Of a DNA stretch of 64,000 nucleotides, positions 41,171 to 63,359 are shown piece after piece. The notes under the pieces were generated by a model. That model did not search any database and had not been told where the DNA came from. It saw only the letters and a list, made by a program, of their open reading frames with translations. Every line of letters starts with the position of its first letter. Position 1 is the stretch's first letter. Made by a program: the position numbers and the translations under genes. The stretch lies in NCBI RefSeq assembly GCF_009914755.1, contig NC_060947.1. One strand, 5' to 3'. Origin of the DNA: the human T2T-CHM13v2.0 reference genome, Homo sapiens.

Positions 41171-42036
41171 TACTTCCTCTGTGTATATTGTTTTTTTATT
41201 TTCCAGCAACCATAAACAAACAACTGGGGGATTTGTGACTGGCATCCTCTTTTCTAGAGAACGCTTTATTTCCATTTCCGTTTGGCATTCTTTGCTTGTA
41301 TGTTCCTCTTCTAAAATTCATATGCCTAATATTTAACATATATTAGACACTTAATCAATGTTTATTGCTATGAATTCAATGATACTCAATGGTTGCTAGC
41401 TTAAATGGCTGTGAGAACACCAACATTTTGATCTAAAATATTTCACTAGAAAAATATATAGCTTTTTGAAGACTGATAACTTGTGGAGGAAGCATTCATT
41501 AAATAAGTCAACTGACTTATGAAACTACCTACTATTACTGCTGATAGTTCTGACTTAATAGCATTTGTTGATGCTTAGGCCTGGGGGTCCTACTCTTTTA
41601 TTTACTAGGTGGATGAAATATGGCAAATGGGCTCTAGTAAAGAAATATTTCAACATTTAATTAGTTTTTTATTTCTGTGTATACGAAGCAGTCTAAGAAA
41701 GAATGTTATCTCTAGAGACAAATATTGAGGACCCCAGAAAAATTATAAAGATTTTTAAAAATCCTTAGGAATAATCCGTTGTAATTCATCCTGAGAAAAT
41801 AATACTCTTTGCACTTTACCCTTCATACTCAGCATATCATCTGTCCTATATAGTCTTCAATTATATAATAGAAAATGTTTTCTACCAGTTCTCTCCAAAA
41901 GCTGAAATTACTTTTTTCCCCTCCCTCAGTTAGTTTTTCCTCTTCAACTCCAAACAAACTGGTGTCTATACATAAATCCTAGATCCAAGATTCCAATTCA
42001 AGAAAGACCATCCAGGACCCACAATTTATATATATT

Positions 42037-42203
42037 CTAGCTACCACTAATTTCTGTAGTGCTACCTGTAGCACATGATATGAGAGAAGTCGCTTGGAGA
42101 TTTGACCGTTGCTTTTTGTTCTTTCCAAACTCTATCACCAATATTTTCCCATGTAGTTTGTATCCATTTACTAGATGCAATGCTTGCCATGCTATCTCCT
42201 TAT
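42037..42203 (-). CDS. RBM41: RBM41 last coding exon (RRM C-terminus, stop TAG)
   Basis: Acceptor ttttctttctcttttAG at 42204-42205, phase 1; (N)KEIAWQALHLVNGYKLHGKILVIEFGK..EISGS*. 3'UTR follows with AATAAA candidates at 41668, 41597 and 41361. Confidence 0.95.
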
Positions 42204-43764
42204 CTAAAAGAGAAAGAAAAAATTTCAATTTACATAGGACTTAATAATTCAATTCTATTCCAGGTTTAGTTTAGATTATTTTGCCTTGGAGTTAAATGTA
42301 AGCTATAAGGCCATATAGTCATTTGATTTGATCATTTTTTCTATAATCTCCCATTTGCATTATTAAGCAAAATTAAATTAATGGCAAAAATAATAACAAT
42401 AAAAACTCAAAATCGGTGTTTGAGGGTGTCTCCTAATTCAAAGAAACAAGTAGAGAAACAAAGACATAGGCAGCGTGCTAAAGAAGTCTAAGCTATTAGT
42501 AATTATACACAAGTCTCTATCTTAGGTAACAGATTATAGGTATTATTAGAATCAATCATTTTCAAAATGAGTAACACAAAAGAAGTTATCATGTTATCAA
42601 GGGCACTTTGCCACTTTTTTTTCAGTGGGAGAGTGGTTCTGGGCCACCTTATTGGGATAAATAAGTATAAGAACACTTGTAGGCATATTGAAGGTTGAAA
42701 TGTGAGAATATATACTACATGCCAGGAGTATTCAACTTATGGGTCTAAGAGCCTGGATGTAAGAAATAAGGAAGGGATGATTTGTGGCCAGGAGTTTGTG
42801 GAATCCTAAGTAGACAAGTAGACTAAACCAATTTTGTTTCATATATATATGTACTACAAATTTTTTTAAGTGTATAGCTTTCAAGATTAGTAAAACAGCT
42901 ACACATTTTAAAGTACTTGCTTTAAAAAGCCTTTTTATTATGTATTTTTTCAACTAATACATCGTATTATGTGGGGCACCCATAAACGGTTTTTTAAATT
43001 TAAAAGGGGTTCTTACACTTGAAAAGACTGAAAACCACTGGTATAGCGGATTTAAAAACCTTCAGTATGATAGGAAAGATGATACAAGACTGTATGAAAA
43101 CAATGGAGGGGAGTTTGGCAGTATTCATGTGTAAAACCACTTGCCCACATATAGATTAATAGGCTATTTAGAAATGACGATACTTTAGGGACAATGAAAG
43201 GTACAGATCCTACAAAGCCTTCCCCCAAAACAACATATTATCTGGTCTGTCATAGAAACTGAAATTCGCATATTATTCTTCCAGTTGGATTAGAAGCTAT
43301 GCATTAATTAATATGCAAATAATATTTAGAAGACTGTATCATCATCTACTAATTATGAATTAGTAATAAATTAGTATATTAGCTTGCTCTCACTTAGTCC
43401 TAAAGGAACAGCGCATAAGCCAAGTACATGTGTTCTGATCAGAATACTAATACATTAATTAATGAGTAATCTAATTATAACTTGGACTAGAAATACTATT
43501 GTCAGTGAAGGGAGTACAGATTTTGGTAGGGTAAGAAGGAAGTACCAAGACTGGGAAAAACTGAGGACACTGGGGTAGTGTGGCCATGCACTGTCAATGG
43601 AGGAGAGGAAACAGAAAGAAACACTGAAAACATATTTTTCGTTCATTGTCTTGTTCTCACATGCTGTGGAGAAATCAAAGGACTATATCTAAATTAGAGA
43701 GGTTATAGGTAATCTCTAGCGAACTGAGGGGCAACTGAGTAATCATCTGGATGAAACTACTTAC

Positions 43765-43912
43765 TGGGAAAGGTGATAAAAGCCTGGCCCCTCATTCGTC
43801 CAGTCATCATTCGGAATTGAATTGGAGGTCCTTTTTTCTCCTGGAACCGAGCGAACAATGACACAAGATCTCTTTCAGTCACCCGAGGGCTAAGGTTCTT
43901 CAGGTATAATAC
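43765..43912 (-). CDS. RBM41: RBM41 penultimate exon (RRM RNP2/RNP1), 148 bp
   Basis: AG and GTAAGT boundaries; VLYLKNLSPRVTERDLVSLFARFQEKKGPPIQFRMMTGRMRGQAFITFP; phases match both neighbouring exons. Confidence 0.96.
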
Positions 43913-43926
43913 CTAAAACAAATTGA

Positions 43927-44265
<339 letters not shown>

Positions 44266-45249
44266 TAAGAAAACTCTTTCATTATGATTAGAATTAGTTT
44301 CACATAAAAATGGTGGATTGAACACATTCATTTAATTTCATTCCATCCAGAAAACTCTCTAAAACTATAGGCACTTAAAAAAAAAAAAAAAAAACACAAA
44401 TCAACAAGGTCAGCAGGAACAAGAAAAGGAGACAACAGCAATAATAATCTGGAAGATGAAAAATAATTGGATGAGCAGGAACCAACTCAGCACACTGAAG
44501 AAAGCTGAATTTTAAACTGGTAGTGGAGAGAGCCAAGAACACACCTGTCACCACTTAAGAATCCTTAAATAGTTCAGGAACTGATAATTTCACTTACCTT
44601 CAGAAATAAATGTGAAGGGATGGGGTTAAAATAAGGCAAATCAGTTGAAGGCTGTCTAAAAGCCAATATGATTTTTAAATACCCTCCCTCACAATATGCT
44701 ATGGGGTAAAAGATAACTTGCCAATCCTGGTAGAAAACTTGAGGCTCATTGTCAGAAGATGGGGAATGCCATACATGGCTGAAGATATGAACACTGTTTC
44801 TGAAAGCAAGGAAACTAAGAGAATACTAAATGTTGAGGTCCTCCCAGTCCTTTTCTGCCATTTGGCTCCTAGAACGCTGGTAGTACCCTCGTAAGAAAGA
44901 TTTTGGAAGTCTTCTCTGGGAAAACTGGTAAGTCCTAGGAGGAAAGATATAAAAATACTGACTTGGGATGAGGAATTTCTCTAACAAATGACCCAGCCAG
45001 ACCACTTTAAAGTGAAGCTCAAAGTCAACAAGTGCCATTTGTGTGCTCAGAGATTCCAATCTGCTTTTTAGTTCCTACTTATAAAGTTGGGCATGGATTA
45101 TCAGGCATCTTAGGAACTCCTCTAATGTGAAAGAGAGAACACAACAAACATAAAGAAAAGAAAGGAAATAGGAAAAAACTTCAACAAACCATAACTAATA
45201 TCCTCAGGAAAATAAGAGAAATTATTCTACCTATTAGGCGGCACGGGAG

Positions 45250-45578
45250 GGTAGGTGCGGTGGCTCACTCCTGTAATCCCAGTGCTTTGGGAGGCTGAGA
45301 TGAGAGGATCGCTTGAGTCCAGGAGTTTGAGATCAGTCTGGGCAACACAGTGAGACCCTGTCTCTGCAAAAGAGACAGGGTGGCATGTGCTACTTGTGAG
45401 CAAACAGCATGCACCACCACAACTGGCCAATTTTACAAGTCCCAGCTATTTGGGAGGCTGAGGCAGGAGGATTACTGGAGCTCAGGAGTTTGAGGCTGTA
45501 GTGAACTATGATCACACTACACCACCACACTCCAGCCTGGGCAACAGAGTGAGACCCTGTCTCAAAAAAAAAAAAAAT
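45250..45578 (+). mobile_element. Rearranged AluJ
   Basis: Alu arms with a short inverted internal segment. Confidence 0.8.
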
Positions 45579-45909
45579 TCAACAGAACAAAAATGAGCTC
45601 TTATATGTGATTGAACGTAAGATGTTATCAGCTTAAAACAGATTGTTTTACCATGCCCTATACCTATAAAAGATAAACAGAGAAAAATGGGAAAGATATC
45701 AAAGTATATCACTACAAAAAAAAAAAAAACCCAATGAACCACAAAGGAAGACGGCAGAGAGGGAGAGACAAAAGAGCTACAACAGAGACAGAAAACAATT
45801 AACAAATGGCAATAGTAAGTCCTTTGCTAGCAATAATTACATTAAATATTAATAAACTCCCCAAGAGACAGAGTACCTGAATGGATAAACAAAATCCAAC
45901 TATATGCTA

Positions 45910-48900
45910 GCTATTCTATGAGGCCAGGATTACCCTGAGACCAACCTAGACAAAAACATTATAAGAAAAATACAGACCAATATCCTTAATAAACAGATGT
46001 AAAAATCCTCAACAAAATATTACCAAACCAAATTCAACAGCACATTAAAAAGCTCATACACCTTGACTAAGGGAGATTTATCCCTGGGATGCAAGGATGA
46101 TTCAACATACAAAAATTGATCAATGTAATACAACACATTAACAGAACAAAATATAAAAATTACATGATTATCTCAACAGTTGCAGACAAAGCATTTGACA
46201 AAATTCAACACTGTTTCATGATGAAGACACTCAACTACTAATAGAAGGAATTTACCTCAACATAATAAAGGCCATATATGTAAAGTCCACAGCTATAATA
46301 TTCAGTATTAAAAAACTGAAAGCTTTTCCTCTAAGATCAGGAACAAGGCATGGATACCTACTCTCACTTCTATTCAACATAGTACTGGAAGTTCTAGCCA
46401 TAGCAAATAGGCAAGAAACAGAAATAAAATGCATCCAAATCAGAAAGAAAGAAGTAAAATTATCTCTGTTCACAGTTGAAATGATCATCCATGTAGAAAA
46501 CGCTAAAGACTCAACAACAACAAAAAATTAGACATCAGTAGAATGGGGAAAAGCTGAAAGCTTTTCCTCTAAGAACTGGCAAAAGACAACAATGCTCACT
46601 CTCACCACTCTTATTCAACACAGTAGTGAAAGTCTTAGCCAGAGCAATTAGACAAAGGAAAGACATAAAAGGCATCCAAAGCAAAAAGGAGGAAGTCAAA
46701 TTGTCCCTGTTTGCAGACAACATGATCTTATATAGAGAAAAACCTAAAAAAAACCTGAAAGAGTCTACCAAAAAGCCCTTAGAACAGATACACAAATTCC
46801 ATACAGTTGCAGGATACAAAATCAACACACAAAAATCAGTAGCGTTTCTACACACGAACAGCAAACTAGCTGAAAAAGAAATCAAGAAAGCAATCTCATT
46901 TACAATAGCTACAAAAAGCAAAATAAAATACCTAGAAATAAATTAACCAAGGAGGTAAAAGGCCTCTACAAGAAAAACTACAAAACACTGATGAAAGAAA
47001 AGTTTAGAGGATACAAACAGAAAGATATTCCATGCTCATGGACTGAAAGAACATTGTTAAAATGACCATACTATCCAAAGCAACCTACAGAATTAATGCA
47101 ATCCCTATCAAAATACCAATGACACTCTTCATAGAAAAAGAAAAAAAATCTTAAAATTTTTATGAAACCACAAAAGACTCTGAAGCCACAGCAATCCTGA
47201 ACAAAAATAACAAAGCTGGAGGAACTGCACTACCAGACTTCAAAATGTACTACAAAACTGTAGTAACCAAAACAGCATGGTACTGACATAAAAAGAGACA
47301 CATGTAACTGTGGAACAGAATAGGGAACTCAGAAACTGACCCATGTATCTACAGCCAACTAATATTTTAATAAAGACACCAAGAACATCAGTTGGGAAAA
47401 GACAGTCTCGTCAATAAGTGGTGCTGAGAAAACTGGATACCTATATGCATGAAGAATGAAACCAGACCCCCATCTCTCATCCTATACAAAAATCAACTCA
47501 AAACAGATCAAAGACCTAAACGTAAGACCGGAAACTAAAAAACTACTAGGAAAAAACATAGGGGAAACATTTCAGGACACTGGTCTGGGAAAAGATTTCA
47601 TGAATAAGACCTCAAAAGCACAGGCAACGAAAGCAAAAATAAACAAACGGGATTATATTAAACTAAAATCTTCTGCACATCAAAGGAAACAACAGAGTGA
47701 AAAGACGAACTACAGAATGGGAGAAAATATTTGCAAACTACTCACCCAACAGGGGATTAATATCCAGACTATACAAGGAATTCAACATCTTAACAGCATC
47801 AAAACAAACAACCTGATTTAAAAATGGGCAAATGATCTAAACAGCTATTTCTCTAAAGAAGACATACAAATTGCCAACAAATATATGAAAAAATACTCAA
47901 CATCACTAATCATCAGGAAAATGCAAATCAAAACCACAATGAGGCATCATCTCATTCCAGTTAGGATGGCTACTACTGGAAAGACAAAAGTTAACAAATG
48001 CTGGTGAGGATGTGGAGAAAAGCAAATTATTACAGACTGTTGGTGGGACTGTAAACTTTTACAGCCACTATGGGAAACAGTACGGAGGTTCCTCAACAAA
48101 CTACAAATAGAACTACCATACGATCCAGCAATCCCACTACTGAGAATTTATCCAAAGGAAAGGAAATCAGTATATTGAAAAGACAATGGCATTCTCATAT
48201 TTATTGCAGCACTATTCACAACAGCCAAGATATGAAGTTAACCTAGGTGCCCAACGATGTGGTATATATACACAGTGGAATACTATTCAGCCATAAAAAT
48301 ATTGAAATCCTGTTATTCAGAGCAATGTGGATGGAACTAGAGAATATTATGTTTAGTGAAATAAACCAGGCACAGAAAGTTAAACACTGCAGGTTTTTAC
48401 TTATATGTGGGAGCTAAAAAGAATTGATTTCATAGAAGTAAAAAGTAGAACAGAGGATACTAGAGGCTGTGAAGGGTAGGAGGAAGGAAAGGATAGGGAG
48501 AGACTTGTTAAAGATGTAAAATTACAGTTTGATAAGAGGAATAGGTGCTAGTGTTCTATACCATTGTAGAATGGTTATAGTTAACAATAATATATTATAT
48601 AGTATCAAATAGCTAGAAGAAGGATATTGAATTATCCCAACATGAAGAAATGATAAATACTTAAGATAGTAGATAAGCTAATTACCTTGATCTGTTCACT
48701 ATATATTATATGTATCGAAACATCAGTATGTACCCCATAAATATGTACAATTTATTATATGTCAATTAAAAAACTTTAAAAAGAAAATAAATAAAATAAT
48801 AAATCAAGGTTCACAAGTGCAGCAATCAAGACATCGATTTTTCTCCCTTGGGTACTTTGCAGCTGAGACAAGCTGCTACCTGGTGAATGGTGGTACCATG

Positions 48901-50825
48901 TTTATTTGGCCCACAGTTCAAATAGCTTTCATGGAAGACCTCTTGAGAACATCACTTTTCTGTTTTAATTATACCATTTTATTATTGGCATGAAATTATG
49001 ACTATATTAATGGAAATAATAGAAAAAAATTAAACCAAAAAAGTTAGAACTAATTAACAAATTCAGTGAAGTTGCAGAATAAAAAATCAACATAGAAAAA
49101 TTCAGTTGTGGTTTCTATACACTACCAATGAACAATATGAAGAGGAAATTAAGAAAGGTATCCCATTTACAACGGTATTGAAAAGAATAAAATACTGAAG
49201 AAAGAACTTAACCAAGGAGGTGAAAGACTTGTACACTGAAAACTACAAATGTTGCTGAAAGAAATTAAAGAAGACACAAATAAATGAAAAGGTATCCTGT
49301 GTTCATGGATTAGAAGACTTAATATTAATATATCCGAACTATCCAAAGCGGTCTACAGATTCAATGCAATCTCTATCAAAGTCCCAATGGCATTTTTTAC
49401 AGAAATAGAAAAAACAATCCCCAAATTCATATAGAACCACAGATGATACCAAGTACCCACAACAATCTTGGGAAAGAACAAAGCTAGAGGCCATACACTT
49501 TCTTATTTCACAACATATTACAAAGCTACAGTAATCAAAACAGTATGGTACTGGCATAAAACTGGACACATAGGCCAATGGAACCAATTTGAGAGTCTAG
49601 AAATAAACCCATGAAGCTACAGTCAACTGATCTTCTACAAGTGTCCCAAGAATATAACATGAGAAAAAGATAGTCTCTTTAACAAAATGTTGAGAAGACA
49701 AGACAGCCACATGCTAAATAATGAAATTGGACTCTTATCTTACGCCATACACACAAGTCAATTCAAAATGGATTAAAGATTTAAATATACGACCTGAGAC
49801 TGTAAAACTCCTAGAAGAAAACATAGAGGAAAACCTTCTTCACATTAGTCTTGGCAATGATTTCTTTGCTATGACACCAAAACCACATGCAACAAAAGCA
49901 GAAATAGATAAGTGGGACTGCATCAAACTAAAAAGCCCTGCACAGCAAAGGAAACAATAGAGTGAAAAGGCAACCTATGGAGTAACAGAAAATATTTGCA
50001 AACCATATTTAATATCTAAAATATATAAGGAACTCTACAACTTGATGGCAAGAAAACAACCTCATTAAAATATGGGCAAAAGACTTAAACAGACATTTCT
50101 CCAAAGAGATATAAATAGCCAACAGGTATATGAAAAGATGCTCAATATTACTATCAACAGAGAAACGCAAATGAAAAACACAATGAGATACCACATACCT
50201 GTTACAATGGCCATTATCAAAAAAAACAGAAAATTACAAATGTTGGCAAGGATATGAAGAAGTTGGAACCCTTGTGCACTGTTGATGGGAATGTAAAGTG
50301 GTACAGCTGCTATGAAGTACAGTGTGGAAGTTCCTCCGAAAATTAAAATTAGAACTACCATACAATCCAACAATCCCATTTCTGGGTATTTATCCAAAAG
50401 AGCTGAAATCAGCATCTCAAAGAGATATATGCATTCCTATGTTCATCCCGGCAATACTCACAATAGTCAACAGGTGGAAAAACCTAAGTGTCCATTGACT
50501 GATGAATAGATAAAGAATATGTGGCATATAAATACAATGGGGGCTGGGTGTGGTGGCTCACGCCTGTAATCTCAGCATTTTGGGAGGCTGAAGCAGGCAG
50601 ATCATGAGGTCAGGAGTTTGAGACCAGCCTGGCCAACATAGTGAAACCCCATCTCTACTAAAAATGCAAAAAATTAGCTGGGTGCGTTGGTGGGTGCCTG
50701 TAATCCCAGCTACATGGGAGGCTGTGACAGGAGAATTACTTGAACCTGGGAGGTAGAGGTTGTAGTGAACCGAGATCGCACCACTGTATTCCAGCTCAGA
50801 CGACAGTGCCAGACTCCGTCTCAAA

Positions 50826-50868
<43 letters not shown>

Positions 50869-51240
50869 AATACAATGGAATATTATTTAGCCTTAAAAAA
50901 GCAGGAAATCTTATATGTCATTATGCTGTAACATGAATGAAACTCGAGGACTATAGGCTAAGTGAAATAAGCCAGTTGCAGGACAAATATTGCATGATTC
51001 CACTTACTGAAGTATCTAAAGTAGTAAAACAGAAAGTAGAATGGTAGTCACCAGGGCTGGGGGAAGGAGGAAATGGGGAGTTGCTGTTCGACAGGTATAA
51101 AGTTTCAGTCATGCAAGATAGAAAAGTTCTATAGGTTTGCTGTACAACATTGTGCTTATTATTCACAATATTGTATTGTACACTTAAAAATTTGTTAAGA
51201 GGATAGATCTTGTGTTTTTAAAACACAATTTAAAAAAATG
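45910..51240 (+). mobile_element. L1MB-like ORF2/3'UTR containing a nested L1MA (46533-49036) and an Alu (50541-50868)
   Basis: Host ORF2 continuous across TSD caaaaaa(g)ttaga; nested ORF2 [21 protein letters not shown]; Alu TSD aaatacaatgg. Confidence 0.88.
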
Positions 51241-51642
51241 GAGGAGGAAAAAAATCTCATACATTACCTAGCATTAGTTATATCCTTTATAGCTTAAAGG
51301 AACTATGGAAGAATTCAGGCAGGAGCAGCAAAAGCAAAGAACAAGCAAATATACCTCTTAAATGACTTAAGTGCTAAAAGGTATAAATAAATAAATATTG
51401 TTAACAAGTAGTAGAATCTTTAAGTTTCAAAATCTTTAAAACCTGGATATTAACATATTTAGCATTTATGTATGTTCATATCTTAAAGGCAAGGGCATGG
51501 AATAATTGACTTGCCTATGCTCTCAAATACTAATCATGAAAATATCAAATTAAATAACCATAGAAAGGGGTATGTGAAAACAAACTTCGAGTTTCTCATC
51601 CATTAGGGAAGACCCATACTAAGACTGTTCCCTTTGATATGA

Positions 51643-51938
<296 letters not shown>

Positions 51939-52072
51939 TGAATAATTTTTAAAAATAAAGAGGACTTCTGGTTGAGGTGGCTCTGTCAGGGGATGCTGGG
52001 ATACATCCCCTCTGCATATATACACACGTAAGTGCAGACTTGTATGTATGTATGAATGTATCCACAACATAC

Positions 52073-52076
<4 letters not shown>

Positions 52077-52118
<42 letters not shown>
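52077..52118. repeat. (CA)n microsatellite
   Basis: Directly visible. Confidence 0.97.
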
Positions 52119-52120
<2 letters not shown>

Positions 52121-52309
52121 TAAAGCTAGGTTCAAAAACAAGATAAACAAAGCTGTGAAAAAGAAAAACAGTGCCTCCAAGTCATAATACAGCATAAAGC
52201 TCTTCCTGGTATCCCTATGCAATACACGGTATTATTTTACATGTTTTCAACTTCATGTAATATAGCCCTTTATATAAACAATATGCATTCTTCTACAGCT
52301 ACATTTTTA

Positions 52310-59420
<7,111 letters not shown>

Positions 59421-59757
59421 TGCAACTAGCTATTTTTGTTCAAAATTATGTTTGTGAGTTTCATCCAAATTGATACCTATAATTCTATTTTATTCATTTT
59501 CTCTACTGTGTAGTATTCTATTTTATAAACATACCATGTTTTATCTATACTCCTGCTGATGAACAATGCCACAACAAGCATCATTATAACATCTCCTAAT
59601 GTGGATGTCTAAGGGTTTCTCTAGGATAGATAATGAAGAGTGAGACTGCTGACTTACAGTGTATGAAGATCTTCAATTTTACTAGACATTGCCATAATGT
59701 TCTTGGAAGTGGTTGTATTCATTTATATTCCCCTGGAGGTATATTAGAATTCTTATT

Positions 59758-60065
59758 GTTTTTCTTTTTTTTCTTTTTCTTTTTCTTTTTTTTTTTGAGA
59801 CAGAGTCTCGCTCTGTCACCCAGGCTGGAGTGTTGGAGTGCAGTGGCATGATCTTGGGTCACTGCAACCTCCACCTCCTGGGTTCAAGAGATTCTCATGC
59901 CTCAGCCTCCTGAACAGCTGCGATTACAAGTGTGTGCCATCAAACTCGGCTAATTTTTAGTATTTTTAGTAGAGACGGGGTTTTGCCACATTGGCCAGGC
60001 TGGTCTCGAACTCCTGACCTCAGGTGATCTGCTGGCCTCGGCCTCCCAAAGTGCTGAGGTTACAT
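59758..60065 (-). mobile_element. AluS
   Basis: Reverse Alu, TSD ttcttattgttt. Confidence 0.92.
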
Positions 60066-60809
60066 AGAGTTCTTATTGTTTCGTATGTTCACCAATACTT
60101 GGCATTGTCAGGCCTTTAAATATATGCCAGCATTCTAAGTACTAAATGTATATATCATAGTATAGATTTATTTTGCATTTTATTGATTACTAATGAGATT
60201 TCTTAAGTCTATAGGCCACTGGTGTTTTTGCCTCTGTGAACTGCCTGTTATGTCTGTTTTTATAAACACTTTTATTTTTATTGTGTTGTTTGTATTTTTC
60301 TTATTGATTTGTAGGGAAGGATCTCCTTAAAATGATTCAAAAAGCACAAACCATTGAATAAAATACCGATAATCTGATAACATTAAAATGAAAGACTTTT
60401 GCTCAACAAAAGACATCAGGAACAAAGTTAAAAGGTAAGTCATCCACTGGGCAAAGATATTTGCTAAACAACAGAAAGGATTCATATGCAGAATTTTAAA
60501 ATAATCCCTATAAATAAATATGAAAAAACAAACGATTAAATATTCAGCAAAGGAATGTAACAGGTAACTCACAGAAAGTTCCTGAAAGGCCAATAAATGT
60601 TAAGAATACATGCATAACCTCACTGGAAATCAGAAACATGCAAATTAAAACAATGAGATAACTTTTCAAGCTGATTAGGCTGGCAAAATAATACTCCAAA
60701 GTTTTGGCAAGAATGTGAAGAGGATCTCTGAAACCCTGTTACATTAGAAATTGAGATATACATACCCTATATATCACAGTAATTCCACTCCCAGGTATAT
60801 AACCTAGAA

Positions 60810-60996
60810 TGATGATTCTTAAATTGTTACTCTCGACCAGCAGGATCAGAATCTCTTGGGAACTTGTTGGAAATGCAAATTCTCAGGCCCCACTCCAGAT
60901 CTACTGAGTCAAAATTTCTGGGGGTGGAGTCTAGCAATCTGTGTTTTAACAAGCCCCCCAGGCAATTCAGATGCACACTAACATTTGAGACACTGT
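60810..60996. mobile_element. MER5A hAT element
   Basis: gggaacttgttggaaatgcaaattctcaggccccac...gcaatctgtgttttaacaagccc. Confidence 0.88.
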
Positions 60997-62131
60997 AATA
61001 GAATGACACCTTCCCAACACTTTTGATTGAGATCTACACGAAGAACTGCATTCTTCAATGTGGCCCCACACACATTATGTCACATATACACAAACACATA
61101 TAAAAAAAAAGCTTTAAGAAACAGTAATTACCCTAACATACTGTAGGGAACACTTTTTGATATTTTCTATTCTATTCCATTTCATTAAAAAAATCCCATT
61201 GGTTGTAACCTACTAATTGTAATCTAAGTTTGAAAAACACTGTCCTAGAAAAAGTCTGGCATATGTGCAACAAGAGGTGTATGATAATACTTGTTGCAGA
61301 ATTAACTGTAATAGCAAAATAACAGAAAGAACAAATCTTCAGGAAAGTGGATAAATATAACAAATGATGGTCTATTTCTACAATGGAATACTATATAGTT
61401 CCTTGTATCTTTAGAAATAAATTTCAAAAGCATTATGCATATTGAGTCAAAAAGGTTGTAGAATGATAGAGTATGTCATCTATATAGTTTTAAAACATAT
61501 AAAACTATATGTTATTTGTGAATATATGGCTATGTAGTAAAAATATAAAAACGTGCACAGGAATTATAAATAGCAAATTCAGGATAGTGGTTACATCTGG
61601 AAAGGATAAAGGAGAATGGGATTGGTGAGGAATATGTGGAAGTCTTCAGGAATATCTATAATGCTTTATTATTTTTTTAATTAAGCAAATATGGAAAATA
61701 TTAGGAATTGATAATGATTAATAAAGGTTGGCTGGCTACACAGGTATTTGCTATATTATTCTATATAACTTTTGGTATATTAATATTTCATAACAAAAAG
61801 TAAATAAAAACAAAGCTACCCTTGAACTAATAGTATAAATACCCCCGAACTATTAGAAATTCAATCAGTCAAACAAACTGTTTTAATATCCCTCATCTAG
61901 AATGATTTTTTTTTAATTCAGAGACAGTCAAAAACTAACATAATAATTTTGGTTTTGTTTTTTAAATTAGACACAACAAAGTATATGCTCCAGGGGCTTG
62001 TGTTGTCTCTTTGAGTAATATAGTAATGAAGAGTTTTCCATTCCAGATGTAACATATAACATGAATGTGAAATAATGATTTGATCAATAAAATAAGAATT
62101 ATCTACAACGTTATTTAGTTACGTATTGGAC

Positions 62132-62421
62132 AATTTTTTTTGAGACGAAGTCTCGGTTTGTTGCCCAGGCTGGATTTTGCAGTGGCATGATCTCGGCTCA
62201 CTGCAACCTCCGCCTCCCGGGTTCAAGTGATTCTCCTGCCTCAGCCTCCACAAGCTGGGATTGCAGGCACACACCACCGCGCCCAGCTAATTTTTGTATT
62301 TTTAGTAGAGATGGGGTTTTACCATGTTGGTCAGGCTGGTCTCGAACTCCTGACCTCGTGATCCGCCTGCCTCAGCCTCCCAAAGTGCTTGGATTACAGG
62401 CATGAGCCACCACACCTGGCC
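62132..62421 (-). mobile_element. AluS
   Basis: Reverse Alu, TSD ttggacaattt. Confidence 0.92.
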
Positions 62422-62955
62422 TTGTTGGACAATTTCTTAAAGCTTATAGGACCTTTTCACTTTGCTGCTTTGCCAACAGCAATTTAAGTCATATGTCATA
62501 TGACAGCCAGGTAGAGCATTCTGAAGAGAAGACTCATGTGGTAGCATATACCCAACTCACGACCAGGCAGTCAATTATTGGCTAATTCCAGAGGCACCAA
62601 GGCTACCAGCTATGGTGGTCCTATGAACACTATTTGATTATTACACTGTAGGAAATTGGATGTTACTATTCTTTCAATTCGGGGCTTCTAATGGGTATGG
62701 ACTAGAGTCTTATCAAGATTTCTTTAAAACGCTAAGGATAGTTCAGGACCTTAGCAAAGTACCAAGAACCTTATAGGAAATATGCTACTTATATAGTATG
62801 CAGAGAATGAATAGTCAAGGTCAAGGACAAACACAATCACTGTGCCTATATCATGATTCTTTGGTATAATCAAAGCTAATTTAAAAGTATTACTTTAGGT
62901 AGAGGTAAATAAAAGCGAAATCAACCCAGGTTGTTTTACTTGGTTTGGCCTATAC

Positions 62956-63359
62956 CTTGTTTGGTTCCCCTGGATTATATGAAGAAAACATAGGAATTTT
63001 TCGGATCTCTTCCTCTGACAAACGATTTCTCTGGATTTCATCTTCTGGGACAAATTCTATTGGCTGCGTCAGCTTCTTAGGCCCAGTCCAACACTGCTCA
63101 GGTGAAAAATCAATAACATTTGCCACATGGAGACTGGGGCCTTTACCCTGTGCTGCCTGTTTTCCCTTGTCCTGGAGTAATGATGGGCTCTCAGCTGTGC
63201 CACTATCACCCACTGATGTAGCTGAGACCAGTGAGTGGGAAGCAAAGGGTTCACCTCTCATAAGTTGAAACTCTTCAAGACGTTTTTTCATTATCATCTC
63301 TTGGTAAAAACTTTCCAGGTTGTTCATGGGATCACCTTTGTTCTTCTTTTGGGGTTCAT
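62956..63359 (-). CDS. RBM41: RBM41 internal coding exon (404 bp)
   Basis: Acceptor ..gtcttgatccAG (63360-63361), donor AAG|GTATAG; (D)EPQKKNKGDPMNNLESFYQEM..RLSEEEIRKIPMFSSYNPGEPNK; phase 0 into the next exon. Confidence 0.95.

Noticed and set aside
62945-63268. Plus-strand 107-aa ORF
   Set aside because: Antisense shadow of the RBM41 exon.
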